Source: Fistulifera solaris
Taxonomy: Eukaryota
Assembly (NCBI GenBank): GCA_030295235.1
Contig: AP026126.1
Span: 1,798,001 to 1,862,000 of the forward strand
Direction of reading: 5' to 3'
Length of the DNA stretch: 64,000 nt
Shown: piece after piece, positions 37,923 to 50,693 of the stretch
Layout of the letters: the number at the start of each line of letters is the position of its first letter
Position numbering within the stretch: position 1 is the first letter of the stretch
Program-made: the position numbers and the translations under genes
Notes under the pieces: model-generated
What the model was told of the DNA's origin: nothing
What the model saw: the letters and a program-made list of their open reading frames with translations, nothing else
The model's database searches: none

Positions 37923-38899
37923 TCACTGTTTAAGTTTTCGTCCCCACCCTCTACGCTTGCTAGTCTTTTCAGCTGGTGGAGATGCAAGGTCCGAAGCAGG
38001 TTCTGAACGAGGGGTAGGAACTTGTTCGGCAGATTTCATAAAACCTCTTGCCAATGGAGACGTCACTGATTTAGATCTCAAGGCGCGTTTGATATCCGAC
38101 AATTCCTTTCTATCCTTTAAGAGCTCCAATAAAACTTGGTTCAGAGATTTAGAGCTGACGTCGTCTGCATTAGCAATACCAATGCTCTCCTGTGCAGCTG
38201 CTACAAAGTCCTTCCAGTCTTTGTCGGTCTCATCGCGGACGCGATTGGTGATCTGGTCGGCAATGATCTTGAAAACTTTCCCCCGTACTTTGTTGGGGCC
38301 CAACTCACAACATTCGTAAGGATATCGACCACCAAGTCCCTTTTCATTTACCGAAGATGGATACGTCTCAAGTAAGAGACTCAAAACTGTATCGTTAGCG
38401 CCGAATCCGTATGCCAGGTGAATAGGAAGCATGCCTTCATTGTCGGTGCATTGAACGGCTTTGGGATAGTTCTCGATCAACTTTTGAACAACAATGGCCG
38501 GAGCCGAGTAAGACAATGCAGCATGGAGTGGAAGCTGACTCCACTCCGGATTCCCTTTACGATCGTATGAAGTAATCCAGGTCTTGGCCTGGATTTCGGG
38601 CCCGGGGCTTTGCATGTGTTCTGTCCCAGCTCCGAAGAACCCAGTCTTCCACATACCAGTCGATAAAAAAGCGAGGACACCCTCCCAGTTCTCTTTTTCA
38701 ATATTGCGAAAAGAGGAGTAACTCTTGTGTACGGCTGGTTTAAAACGTCGCTACTTTCGGACATCGCGGTCGTCGCATCCGTGTCATCGTCAATGACAGC
38801 ATGCTTGCCTATTTGCTTATGCTTGATTGGTGTGTAAGCTTCATAGGCCAATGTTTCTGTGTTCGGCGGACCGCACGTGCAAGATAAAGCCGACGCCAT
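37923..38899 (-). CDS. Diatom-type ankyrin-repeat-like protein
   Basis: AKTWIT...WSQLPLHAA, YPKAV..D.EGMLPIHLA; frameshift near A6 38665-38670. Confidence 0.8.
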
Positions 38900-39409
38900 T
38901 GTTGGGGTTCTGATTTCGATGATGAATAATTATCCTGATAACAAGAAAGTGGGGTGGGATATTGGAGGGAATGATTTTTTTTGATTTTGTTTGAAACTAG
39001 CGACACGAGCGAGGGCAATATTTACGTGACATGTGTCGCAGAGCGTTAACCAAGAAGTCTATGTATCTCGTTTCGCAGATACGGCAGCTTTCTGTTTTGC
39101 ACTCCAGTATGTGAGAATCTTAGCTCCTGTTGGGCGCGTTAAGGACCAGGATAAAGCACGCATTGGTCTTTTTCCGTTTCAGCGGTGCGCGAATCGGCTG
39201 GCGTCAACCTTTTACTAAATAGGAAATGTCGTCCCCATAACCATTTGATCGATTGGAGATACTATCAGGTATGATGTGGAGTCGGCACGGACGAAAATCC
39301 TGCAACTTTTGCACCTCAGCGAAATAAACCGCTACACTCTGCACTAGGCTTTCGACGCAGAGCAAAGCCTTTCCTCTGTTTTTCCATTAATTCAGCACAA
39401 GGGGCATCA

Positions 39410-40449
39410 ATGGTTATGATGATGCCCTTAATCATTATTTCTCTGGTGAGCCTGCTTTCTCGAGCAGCGGCTCGTAACCTCGAAGAAGACTTTTCGGGTT
39501 ACTCAGTCAAATTTGCTCGATGCTTCAAGGTCAAAATCCCTGACGAGGACCAAGATCAGGAAGGCAATTCTTACTTCTACAACGGCGCTTATCGCTCTCA
39601 ATCAAAAGCGTACGCTGCATTTCACGTATGTTCAGATAGTTGCGGGGATTGCGATACCTCCATCGGCTACGTATCGGAGATTAACAATTTTTTAGACGCC
39701 GGAGTCAATTACGTTCAGCAGTATTGCGACAACTGTCAAGCCCAGTGTCGCAGATTCCTCGAAGAAGGAGGTCAGGGCATGCGAGCAGACTGTTCGACCT
39801 GCTCGAATATTTGCAAGTCGTACCGTAATGGAAACGGTGGCACTGACGAAACACAGTACCTCAATTGTCAGGCTGCTTACGCCGACGATAATGGCTTGCA
39901 ATATTATGCTGGACCTGGATGCAGCGACGATGGCCATGTAGTAATTCGCCTTTATTATGACGGTAAGTTTCGTCGGCTTTGCATCCTTCATGTTTAGAGG
40001 CAAGGATCTAACACTACTTTTGCCTCTCATTAGCGGATTGTACTATCCGCGCCAGCGACAGCTCGGAGTTCACGACATCGTTTGCTTACAACACATTTCA
40101 AGCAGTCGAACAAGTTTGCACCGCCTGTGACAATAGCGATGTCTGTGACGATACTCTGAACTCTTACCAGTGCGTGAATGGCTACAACAAGAACGAGAAT
40201 ATTGACGACAGCTACATGAAAGTATGCAAGAGTTACAAGCAAGCCATGAAAGAATGGCAATATGCGACAGCCAAGGGAAAGTCGCCACTTCGTGGTATTC
40301 TTCTCTTTGTAATGACCATGGCGTGTGCGTTTGTTTTCCTCTCGTACACCTACTACGTTCGTCACAAGAAGGCCGCAATCACAAAGGAAACTTTGGAAGG
40401 TCTCAAGCCAGCGCAATCTGCCGATGGAGACTACGTCGGTATGACTTAA
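39410..40449 (+). CDS. Silicanin-1-like Cys-rich single-pass membrane protein
   Basis: Signal peptide, RNL (RxL) site, YSVKFARC, paired CxxC motifs, YLNC...YYAGPGC, C-terminal TM and short tail; in-frame intron 39963-40033. Confidence 0.7.
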
Positions 40450-40728
40450 ATTTTCATTTGCCTTTCAAAGCTGCATCATGGTGTAACTTTATAATATGAG
40501 ATTGTAAATATTTGTCACTTCAATGATGATTCGACTTGCACGAGATTAGGTCATAAAAGAATGATTCCGAGCTAGGGAAAACGGCTGCGCGGCACTTAGC
40601 CTACCCCTTCTCTGAAGAGTATCCGTAGTATCCGTTTTCTACTATAACTATTGAGTTGATTTGAGTACAGACTAATATAAACGCAAGTTTAGAACGAGCA
40701 ACCTGCTCAACGATACAGATGAGCTTGT

Positions 40729-41151
40729 TTAAGTGAAAGAGTCGTCGTTCTCTCGCGGCGCCGAACCAAAAACAGAAGCAAGCGCATCATCTTTTATCGT
40801 CGAAGCAGCTTTAGATATATCATCATGCACATCATCTTTGCCGCGAAAAACATCTCGGACTGCGTAACTCATTTCTTGAAACCAAGTACCGATTTGTTTC
40901 ATGATTCCATTTTCGATCGAAGACGGAGGATCACCAATGACCTTGTGCACCGATTTGCCGACTGTCATCAACGTATCATGAACACCTTCGGAGTAGCCAC
41001 AATGAGAAGGACCGCCTTCATCCCACTCCTTGTCGATCTCAGCTTCTGATACCATGCTGTGATCTTCGTCTTCTTCTTCGGAGGGCCCATGCTCGTCATC
41101 CTCGAAATGCACCCCTTCCGAAGGCAACAATGATTCTTTTTTCTGTTCCAT
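40729..41151 (-). CDS. Hypothetical acidic protein
   Basis: 140-aa ATG-initiated ORF with protein-like composition. Confidence 0.65.
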   Translation of the reverse strand: MEQKKESLLPSEGVHFEDDEHGPSEEEDEDHSMVSEAEIDKEWDEGGPSHCGYSEGVHDTLMTVGKSVHKVIGDPPSSIENGIMKQIGTWFQEMSYAVRDVFRGKDDVHDDISKAASTIKDDALASVFGSAPRENDDSFT

Positions 41152-41761
41152 TTTGGTCCTTCTTTGTATCTGGAAAAAAATGCTGTCGAAGAAGGTTGTG
41201 ATAAGGAGTGTTTCTGTGATTTGTAATCAATTGTTTGTCGTCATACCACGCCTTTTACCCAGAACAGAAAGGAAATGATATTTGGCATTTTTTGGACGAT
41301 CGAGATTCGTCGTCGGTTGGAAATAAGGATAGGGACCAACATAGTGTAGACAATCTAAGTAAATGAACCATTTTTAACGATAACGTTAAATCGTTGATTA
41401 AGTTGATTTCCGTTGAACATTCACATAGCTCTTACAAGGCAGCATTTTTTGCAGGATTTCTGCGTCACTGAGGAGTTTGAGTCTGAGTCCCTCCTTCTTA
41501 GCTAAGGGCTAGTCTCTAAAGGCTAGGTTCAAGCGCCAAGCGCAGCCTCTAAAAGAGCACAAGATCGAAATGTCTAAACTTAGAGGATAATTCCTCATTT
41601 AAGAATCGGGAATTTATCAATTCGCTATCGCAGAATGTAGTCTACACGAAATACTTCTCTTGTTCTTTTTTAAAAAATCAAGTTATCGACAAATAAAGTA
41701 ATAGTTAAGATAAGGAGTGATCGACGAGTATCCAGGAAACTTCAAAATAGTACGATGGCAT

Positions 41762-44729
41762 TTAGACAGATACCGCATCAGATAGAGGGTTAACATCCTC
41801 TTTTTTCTTTTGGTCACTTTCCATCGTAACCTCTCCGGTGTTGGGATCGATGGTAAAAATGGACTTGTTGTTGCTCTCTTTGGGCGTAGGCGGGCCAGTC
41901 TGTTTGAAGGATCTACTGCCAGCAAACTTGCCCATCCTAGGCGACTTAATAGAATGGCGAGTTCGGAGGGAGTTAAAGAAGCTTGATCGGCTATGATCAT
42001 CCGAGTCTCGCTCGTACTGCTGTCCAGGATAGACACTAGGCGGGGAGATAGTCTCCACATCAGAGTCATCACTATCGTGACGTCTCTCTGGAACCCTCGA
42101 CATCTTAGACGGACTTTCAATTTCAGAACTCTTGCGGAATCGTGAGAATACACCTCTCCATTTCTTACTCGATTTTTTCTTCGAGTCGATACTGGATCTA
42201 CCACCACGCAACTCTTCAAGTTCTCTCCGGAGCAAGGTCTCGCCTGCCTCTTTGGTCTTTAGATCATCCTTCAGTGCATTCAACTCAGTTCGAATCATGT
42301 CCCACTCTTCCTTGTTCTTGATTTCAAGCTCCTCCACATCGATCGAATCGATCACCTTCTTCATCGCGTATAATTCATGAGCAGTTACGCCTTCGGAGTA
42401 TTTGAGAGCGTCCTCCAAAGTAGACTTGAGTTGGTCGAGATCTGATTTCGTTTTTGTGGCTTGTTCGACATGAGCTACTTCAATTTTTAGCTCTTTGATC
42501 GCTACTTTCACATCAGAAAGCTCTTTGAAACTCATTTTATCAAGGCGCGAGCAACGCATGTCTTCAGCTGTGGTGAGTAAGGAAGCAACAACGCGTTTAT
42601 TCATTCCGTTCCACGCCTTGACATTTCCTTGAAGAGAAAGCTTGATTTCATCCAGATCATTTTTGATTTTATTTGCAGTATCCTTGCGTTCCAAATCTTC
42701 TTTGATACTCTCGAGTTCACCTTTATGGGTCGAAAGGTCGTCCGAATTCAATGCGTATAACTGTCCCTCATCAAGTTTCTTCAATGCCTTCTTGAGGTTC
42801 TGCACCTCATTACGAGTCTTGCCTCCGGCGTTGCGAAGCTCAGCCTCAATAATTCTTTTGAGTTCTAAAAGCTCTTTTCGAACACTCTCGCTTTTCTGTC
42901 GCTCCTTGATGTCGCTCCTCAAAGACTTCAGCTCCTTTCGAATCATTAGAAGTTCAGAGCTAGAGCAATTATTTTCCAATGCATCTGCAATTCTGGCAAG
43001 TGACTTAGCATTTGCCGAAAGCTGAGTTCGAGCTTCTCCGGTTGCGTATTCGAGATTAGCGTTAACAATTGCATTGAGTTCGGCAATGTCATCCTTTGTC
43101 TTTCGCAAAAGGTCGCTCTCTTGCAACTCTTTCTTAACACGCTCCAGCTCTTTCTTAAGCTTGGAGAGCTGAGATGCTGTTTTCGTCTGGAGCTCATCCA
43201 TACGCATGTTCTCCACCGCTTTGTGTAAGGCGGCCACTTCGGCCTGTGTTTTCCCTTCCGTAGTTTTCAGCTCAACCTCAATCGTCTTCTTCAATTGTTC
43301 CAACTCAGCTCGCGTTTTGTTTAAATCCTCTTTGTCTTTGAGTTCGGCTCGAAGCATTTCCACCTCGTCTTTCAACATGTTGATTTCGTCCTTCGTGCGT
43401 GTATTTGTCGCGGCATTTCGGAGCTCTTCCATCGTACGCTGCATTGTGCGGAGCTCGGTCGTATTCTTTTGTCGGCTTGTTTCATGCTTCGCTCCAACTC
43501 TTCCCGAAGAACATTGATCTGGTCTTGCGCATCACGTCGAGATTTCTCCAGGAGCATGAAGTTAAGCTTTTGACATCATTCTTCAAGAACTCTAGTTCGC
43601 CTGGTGTAGAGCTGAGAACAGCTTCCGTTGCTTTGTCGAGGTCCGCTCGTAGAGCGATTTCTGTTTCCTTAGCCTTCTTCAACATCGCCAAGGCTTCGTC
43701 TCTCTCTTCCTCAAGTTCTTCTAGCTTCGTCTGCATTTCAAGATCACCCATTAGTTTATTATCCGCCATATCCGAAATAGCGTCCTTGTTTATGGCTTCT
43801 TCAGCCGAGCGATCCTTAAGCATTTTAACCTCCGACTGCTTGCGCAATAGTTCCATTTCCATCTCATCCTTCATTTTCTCCAGTGCCGCCAACTTGGACT
43901 CGGCATGTTCCAACGCCAATGTCTTTGCCTCCAGTTGAGTTTTTAAAGATACAATTTCTTTCTCGGCGGCTGCTCCAGATGCCGCAACTACCTTGCTACT
44001 CTTGGCCTTGGTCTTCTTGACAAAAATCTCCAAGATTTTACCGCGCACTTTACTTTCAGCTCGGAGTGCACAGTCAACCGGCAAGCGTCCATCTTTTCCC
44101 TTCGCATTGACGGACTCCGGGAACTGCATCAACAAATAGGCGACCACATCATCCGACGCGTTGTGACGCAACGCCAAGTGAATAGGGAGCATGTGTTGGT
44201 CATCGGTGCAGCGAACGGCTTGCGGATAAAGTTCAATGAGACGACCGATTACAGAGAAGGGAGCATCGCATACAATTGCCAAATGAAGTGGAAGTTGACT
44301 CCATAGCACTTTCTGATCGTTATCGGGCGCAAACCGGGTCACCCATGTCTTGGCCTGCTCTGATGGTGTGATAGGATCGACGATGTTTTCTCCATAGATA
44401 CCAGAGTTGGGCCACACACCCGAATCAAGAAAAGTGATGATTGGCCCCCAACTATCTTCTGTAGTGGCCTCCTCAATCGATTTGTATAAACGAGTGCATT
44501 TCTTTTCATAGTCGACTTCATTAGGCGCTGCTGCAGGAGCTGGCTCACGTTGAGCATCATCACTCGCAGCGGAAGATTCGGGCTGAGGAGCTTTGGTAAC
44601 GTCACGACCTGTGTTCGGCTCAGGAGCAGGAGCGCTATCGGAAATCTTCGTGGCTTGAACAGCAGCAGCAACTTCCGCAGCTTGATCCGACTTTTCCACG
44701 GGCCGCGGGTCTAACAAGTTCCAAATCAT
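41762..44729 (-). CDS. Ankyrin-repeat-like protein with long coiled coil
   Basis: AKTWVT...WSQLPLHLA, MLPIHLA, GRLPVD followed by an E/K/L-rich coiled coil. Frameshifts at ~43560 and ~43470. Start uncertain. Confidence 0.8.
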
Positions 44730-45238
44730 GGTCGGCTTTACACTCTTCGAAGCTATCTCGGGAGTTATAGAGGGGCTTATCATGTACTGAAAATTTCGCA
44801 GCTTGCGTCGATGTTTTTGTTTTCTTTCGGCGAATACCATCACGCCTAATTACACGAGAAAATCAATACCGGATGTGATTTTAGCGGGAGAGGCACTCGC
44901 AAATTTCCTAAGTATCGGAATTTCAAAAATGGAAAGTAAGGTCCGTTCTGATATGCAACGAGTAAATTAACGGCTCAAAATTTTTTGCATTTATCTTTAA
45001 ATACTGTTACTTAGAAGTCGGACCTTTCCGAGTAAAGGTACTTAGGACTTGGTTTATCATGAGAAACCAACATCTCATCCAATTTCGGTTTTAACAGAAA
45101 ATGCAGCGACGAGGTCCCCGTTCCTTGCTACATGGTACTGGTACTGAAAAGAAACGAGCTATCCCTTTCAGGAAATGACTTTGACAGTAAATTTCATTAA
45201 TCAACTGGTATCAAATCTTGACGGTGCCGACAGACTGA

Positions 45239-45661
45239 ATGGACGTGAATCAAGGTGTCAAAAATCGCAATGTGAGCGAAGAAACAGAGGTTGTATCGAA
45301 GGGATCTTCGACTGGCAACGAAAGCAGCGTTACTCTTCTGTTACCACCGGCATCGCTTTCAAATAAGCAAGCACCTGAACATATAATCACAGCCTTACGC
45401 CTTTCGAGAGCTCACAAAACGCATATCGATCGAATCATGAAAACTCTAGTTATCGAAATGGATGTTCTTCGTAACATTGATCATTTGTGCGAAAGAGAAG
45501 ATCGTCTCACAGAACAGGAAGTACTTGACTATTTTGAAAGTGTTGGTCGGTGTTTGGATCAAAGGCGTCAGAGTGGCGCCGACCTTCAGCACGAGCTTGA
45601 CCCTATCAGTCGCGGTTCACCACTTCAAGAGGAGCCCAGCTTGCCCATCATGCTAAACTAA
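45239..45661 (+). CDS. Hypothetical protein
   Basis: 140-aa ATG-initiated ORF. Confidence 0.5.
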   Translation: MDVNQGVKNRNVSEETEVVSKGSSTGNESSVTLLLPPASLSNKQAPEHIITALRLSRAHKTHIDRIMKTLVIEMDVLRNIDHLCEREDRLTEQEVLDYFESVGRCLDQRRQSGADLQHELDPISRGSPLQEEPSLPIMLN

Positions 45662-45978
45662 TAGAAATAGTTGCGTGTTTCACGCGTTAATTGATGATAC
45701 TTGTACCAGTACTTGTACGTGTAATTCGTTGGTCCTCGCCGCTGCTTCGACCGCCAGTAAGGTTAAAAGTAAGTGGCCATTCGTTACTGAATTCTGTCAT
45801 GGTTGCGATTGTGCGACTCCGTATACTCGTACGGAGTAATTGCGACCGCTATCGTCATACTCCGGAGTAAGTCATAACCATGATGTGACTGCGATGCTGC
45901 GAGGTTAGGTTCACCACCATACATCGACTCCTTGCTTTATGCGCTACTCATCTTTAATCATTCAAACAAGTCGGTGAC

Positions 45979-46982
45979 ATGTCGGATGAAATTGAAGGTC
46001 GACACAAAAAAGAACTCAAAGCGCTTGACACAGAGAAGCGAGCGGCAATCAAAAGGTGAAAGGAACTGCTGGAAAAGGCAAAAGGCAAAAGAGCTTCTTG
46101 CCGAGTAAGTCTACTATAACTGTGATCGTCGTAGTGCCTTTTCTGCAAGCTATTCTTTTGGAAGTTTCCTCAATTTCTGCCTTTTGGGAATACCATAGGA
46201 CGGAAGCAGAATTCGACGCTAAGTTAAAAGCTCTCGAGGAGAAACACGCCGCGGAACTCAGCTCCTTTGGTCGCGATGACAAAGAGGAATCCCCAGCAGC
46301 TCAGATACCTACACAGGTAGAAGTTTCGGAGGACGAACAGCGAAGGCTAGAGAAACAAGAAAAGGCTCGCAAGAAACGAGAAAAATTGAAAGAGAAAGAG
46401 TTGGAGCGTGAAAGGCAGATCGAAGAGGAAAATGCCAATGCAGGACCATCACCGAGAGATGTTGAGAATGAAATTATCCAGCAATATTTAGATCCTCTTG
46501 GCTTCACAATTAAAGAAATTACCGCAGACGGACATTGCTTGTATCGGGCTGTGGGCGCAAGCTGCAATTTGGAGTACTCAGCCGTTCGTAAGTTCCGACT
46601 TTTCGTATCTATTTTTTCAAAACAACAACTTACAAATATTAATATTTTATTATTGAAAGGTGGTATTTGTGCGGATATATTAACTCAACATGAGGACGAT
46701 TTCAGTCCCTTTTGTGAGTTTTCGGACTCAACGCCAGATTTCGTCTCCTACGTCAGAAGCGTCCGATCATCCGCTGATTGGGGTGGCCATCTAGAACTTA
46801 GAGCGCTCTCTATGGCACTGAAGCGTCCGATTTGGGTCTATTCAGCAACAAACTCAAAAAATCCACTGGTTGTACACGCGGACGGTGTTAACGAAGATGA
46901 TAATCCGATCCGAGTTTCATATCATCAACATTACTATGCTTTGGGCGAGCACTATAACCTCGTCGTTCAGAAAGCACCGTGA
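45979..46982 (+). CDS. OTU-domain deubiquitinase (OTUD6/Otu2-like)
   Basis: RHKKELK N-terminus, ADGHCLYRAV, WGGHLELRAL, SYHQHYYALGEHYN. Probable introns 46105-46198 and 46588-46659. Frameshifts at A runs ~46052 and ~46081. Confidence 0.92.
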
Positions 46983-47565
46983 TCTGAAGTCATTATAAGA
47001 TAGAAATCTGCGTTATTTTTGCTTAGTGACTCATTGTTTCAAGGAAACAAACGGTCTTGCAGATTTGGATCGTCGTTACTTTTAAGTCCCCTCATAATCA
47101 TGTACTTAGGCCCAGGTTTGATAGACCAAGAAGGTGGGCTGAAAGGCATTAGCAAACAAATGGCAAATGGCTACTGACTGTGAGAGGAATGGATCGTCGC
47201 GGCATTTAGACGACTAAGGTCTAGGGTCAGGAAACCACGAAAAGGCATCTCTGCTTGGTACATATTTCTCTACGGGGCCCAACATGAAAGTACACAAATG
47301 TTTCCGTTAGTGAAAGACGTTGACGGATTCGTTACTGCAATTTTTTATGTCATCGAACTTTATCCTTAAGTAATGGTATTGCGCGATCTGTTTCGCCGTT
47401 GAGGGTTTAAGTATCTTCATAGACCGGTATTAGACCGTTAATCTTGCTAATCAAACATTTACCCGCGACTCGCCAGTGCGGAATTTGCCCCCAACTTTTC
47501 ATCACCATCTTTTGTTGAAGGGACAAAATCACATTCAGAACAGACTAAAAAAACTGACTAAAACC

Positions 47566-49671
47566 ATGGTTCTCGCTTGCGGAGGTTGTGATCCTTTCCT
47601 GCTGTTGGCGGAGGACCCTGAAGATGACCTAGTCGCGGCCAACAAGAACAACGATGCTGGAACATCTGTATTGTCTAACATGGAGGTTTTAGCCACTGAG
47701 TCTATGATGGACAGAAATAAAACCAGAAGCCCGGGTCTCGAATCAATCCCTGAAGCTTTGAGCGAAAGAAGTGACATTGAAGAAAGGGAAGCCGGAGAGG
47801 AAGACTGGAGTGAAACATCGAAGATAGCCGAACTCAGTAGCAATGAACGCGTCGTCAACGTCGACTGCAAGCCAGCAAAAAACATAGATCAGGAAAAGAC
47901 CGACCCGAAAGATGCCGGCGAGGCTCCCACCCCAGAAAAACTTCGTGCACCCTCCCCGCCTCCAAAGATCACACTTTCAACGCGGGTTATGCAAACTAAC
48001 GAACAAGATTACAACAAGGATCCTACGGAACTCTATTTGATGCTTGAGCGTAGAGACTGGCAGCAAGCTATTGAGTTAGTTGGGAATGACGCCCAGCAGG
48101 CTGCAACCTGGGTTTCTCGAAAGGAATCTGACGGGGTGCTTCTATGGCGCCTTCTTCCTATTCACGCCTCAATCATCTTTAGTGCACCTGAATCGGTTGT
48201 AGAAGCGGTACTTAAAGCCTTCCCCGAAGGCGCCCAGCACAAAGAAGATCAAGGAATGCTTCCACTTCATTTGGCATTCAGAATGGGTTCCGCCGAAACC
48301 GTGGTTTCTTTGCTGCTGAACGCTTTTCCAGATTCCGTCAATGTTACTGACCGCAAGGGTCGAACAGCGCTCGAACTAGCAGAATCATCGAGTGGTCCTA
48401 ATAAGTCTGGTTTCCTACGCGCGTTGAGAAAGGGACCCAACGTGGATATGTTTGGCGTCAGCTTCAAGCCCATCGGCATCCAATTGGTGGAAATGCAAGA
48501 AGAATACGAGAGAAAGATTGAACTGTTGAGAAAGGAAGCCAGCGACAAGCAAAGTTCCCAGCATCAAGAAATATTGACCTTACAGAAAGCACTTGTGAGA
48601 AAGCAAGAAACTTCTCAGGCTCTTGTCGATCATATTGCTTCGTTGGAAGCAAAGCTTGCAGAGCTTACTGATCCGAATCGTAAAGGACTCGAAATCAATT
48701 TAGAAATCCTTCTGTCGAATGGATTGGGAGCTGACGAGATTGAGAGGATGTACAAAGATGAGTTCGCGATCCTCGAGGCACGAAACCGTTATCTCGAAAC
48801 TAAGGCCGCCGACACCAAGCACGATAAAGAAAAAGCAACAGATGCACTAAAGCAAACCCTCAAGATCTTCGAAACGAGAAAAGCGGAGTGGAATGCCGAG
48901 AAGAAGCTTTACCAAGACAAACTGAGTGTTGTGGAAGAAGACTGCAACCGATTGAAGGATCATGTCAGTACTCTAGAGGAGCAAATCAAAAAGCGCAGTA
49001 TTTCAGAAAAGGCTTTGGCAGCTCAAATCAGCGTGCTTGCCGAGCAGCTTAGCGCTACAACTTCAGACTCTAGTAGCTCCACGGAAGCCTTTTCCACCCG
49101 GATCCGAGTGCTAGAAGCCGAACGCGAAAATCTTCGATTCTCTGTCAACAAGCTCACCAAGAAGCTGTATTTCGTCGCCAGTCTCATCGACTCTGTCAGT
49201 AAAGATCAGATCGCGATCGTGGAACAGGCACTTCAAAACGAAAGTGAAGCATCGGTATCTGCTAGTTCGCAAGAAAAGATGATGATGGAGGTTAAAGAAC
49301 ATTCGGAATTAGTTCAAGATGCCAAGAATTTGGGCGATGAAATCAAGGAGCTGTTGATGAAGCACGCACAACAAATGGAGAAAACATACGAAGCCAGAAA
49401 GTCAGTTGTCGAAGTGATTGAGGAACAGTCACGACAGTTGACATCAGCTGAGGAGCGTCGTGAGGAGCTAATCAAAGGCATGAATGGATTTAAGAACCAG
49501 ATGTTGGAAGTTTTGGACTCTGTGTACGACGAACTTCCAAAAGAAGTTCCGGAGGAGCACAATCTTGTCGACATGGTTTTAGAGAAGATGATCTCCTTCA
49601 AAGAGGAAGAAATTCCTGTTACCGAAGATGGTGGCATAATTGTTGAGGAAGAAAAGAAAAGTGAAGAATGA
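47566..49671 (+). CDS. Ankyrin-repeat-like protein with long coiled coil
   Basis: AATWVS...WRLLPIHAS, QGMLPLHLA, DRKGRTALE followed by a coiled coil. Confidence 0.85.
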   Translation: MVLACGGCDPFLLLAEDPEDDLVAANKNNDAGTSVLSNMEVLATESMMDRNKTRSPGLESIPEALSERSDIEEREAGEEDWSETSKIAELSSNERVVNVDCKPAKNIDQEKTDPKDAGEAPTPEKLRAPSPPPKITLSTRVMQTNEQDYNKDPTELYLMLERRDWQQAIELVGNDAQQAATWVSRKESDGVLLWRLLPIHASIIFSAPESVVEAVLKAFPEGAQHKEDQGMLPLHLAFRMGSAETVVSLLLNAFPDSVNVTDRKGRTALELAESSSGPNKSGFLRALRKGPNVDMFGVSFKPIGIQLVEMQEEYERKIELLRKEASDKQSSQHQEILTLQKALVRKQETSQALVDHIASLEAKLAELTDPNRKGLEINLEILLSNGLGADEIERMYKDEFAILEARNRYLETKAADTKHDKEKATDALKQTLKIFETRKAEWNAEKKLYQDKLSVVEEDCNRLKDHVSTLEEQIKKRSISEKALAAQISVLAEQLSATTSDSSSSTEAFSTRIRVLEAERENLRFSVNKLTKKLYFVASLIDSVSKDQIAIVEQALQNESEASVSASSQEKMMMEVKEHSELVQDAKNLGDEIKELLMKHAQQMEKTYEARKSVVEVIEEQSRQLTSAEERREELIKGMNGFKNQMLEVLDSVYDELPKEVPEEHNLVDMVLEKMISFKEEEIPVTEDGGIIVEEEKKSEE

Positions 49672-49818
49672 GAAACGTCCCGTGTGTTGTTACTTCTATG
49701 CATCACAATTAAAGTAAAGACGACGGTCTTTAAAATTGTATTATGGTAACTTTGTTGGTTGGTGCCCTCTTAAAAAATACGGAGTAGTGATCTTCCGCAT
49801 CCAAACCCAGCATACTCT

Positions 49819-50136
49819 TTAAGAGGTATCATTTTTCTTTTCTTTTGACTTCACAATTTCATGAGTACGCCATGCTTCTACCAGACGAGCTGATCCTGTT
49901 AGCACCATATAAACCGAGAGAGCTCCAGCCAGAAGCTTGATGGTCGGTATTAATGATGACACTACGCATCGTCCAATTTCGAGTGATCCGTCGACGGAAT
50001 GCTTTACAATTTTTTCCCATCTTTCGCTTAGTTTCTCGCTCATTGCAAAGACAAATACATGTTGAACTTTGACGGCATCACTTCCATCGCCGGTCAACCC
50101 AAGCTCTCGCATCAATTGTGCATGTTCAGATGGCAT
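49819..50136 (-). CDS. Hypothetical small membrane protein (5' end uncertain)
   Basis: 105-aa ORF with a C-terminal hydrophobic segment; probably extends upstream. Confidence 0.45.
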   Translation of the reverse strand: MPSEHAQLMRELGLTGDGSDAVKVQHVFVFAMSEKLSERWEKIVKHSVDGSLEIGRCVVSSLIPTIKLLAGALSVYMVLTGSARLVEAWRTHEIVKSKEKKNDTS

Positions 50137-50693
50137 GCTACCTTCCGATGTCGAGTCAGCAGTAATGTCAATGAGGTAGGAAAGTCATCCACGGCGTTGT
50201 AATCCTTTACGACTAGTTGTTAGAGAAGAAGAGTATCAAGTTCCATTTGCTTGCTAGTATTCAGTGATTCCTTTCGGACGTATGTTACCATCATTTCATT
50301 GCAAATGCGATGCAAAAATCGTCCGTGGTTTTTCTCGTGACTGGAGATTCGGTCACGAGCCATATTGAGACGTCTCCGTACTAAAGTTGAGCGTTGCCCC
50401 CATCTGCTTTGCGATCATTCAATCGGATACCGGATCCAATTGCACAGGAAATGATCTTCTTATATCTAGCTATGCTGGTATGTTCAATTGACGCATGGGG
50501 ATGTTCCGCCCTTCTCCAATGTGGATTGGAGGTGATGGAAGGACATGTAACCGTATAGTTGAGTTCGAATCTTAATCTCGCCTACGAATCGATTCAAATA
50601 ATTTGTGTAACATTCACTATTGTGCAATATCTTAAATAGCTCATAATATTGTCATGCAAAATTAAAACTCTACTGGTACGGTTCAAATCATCG

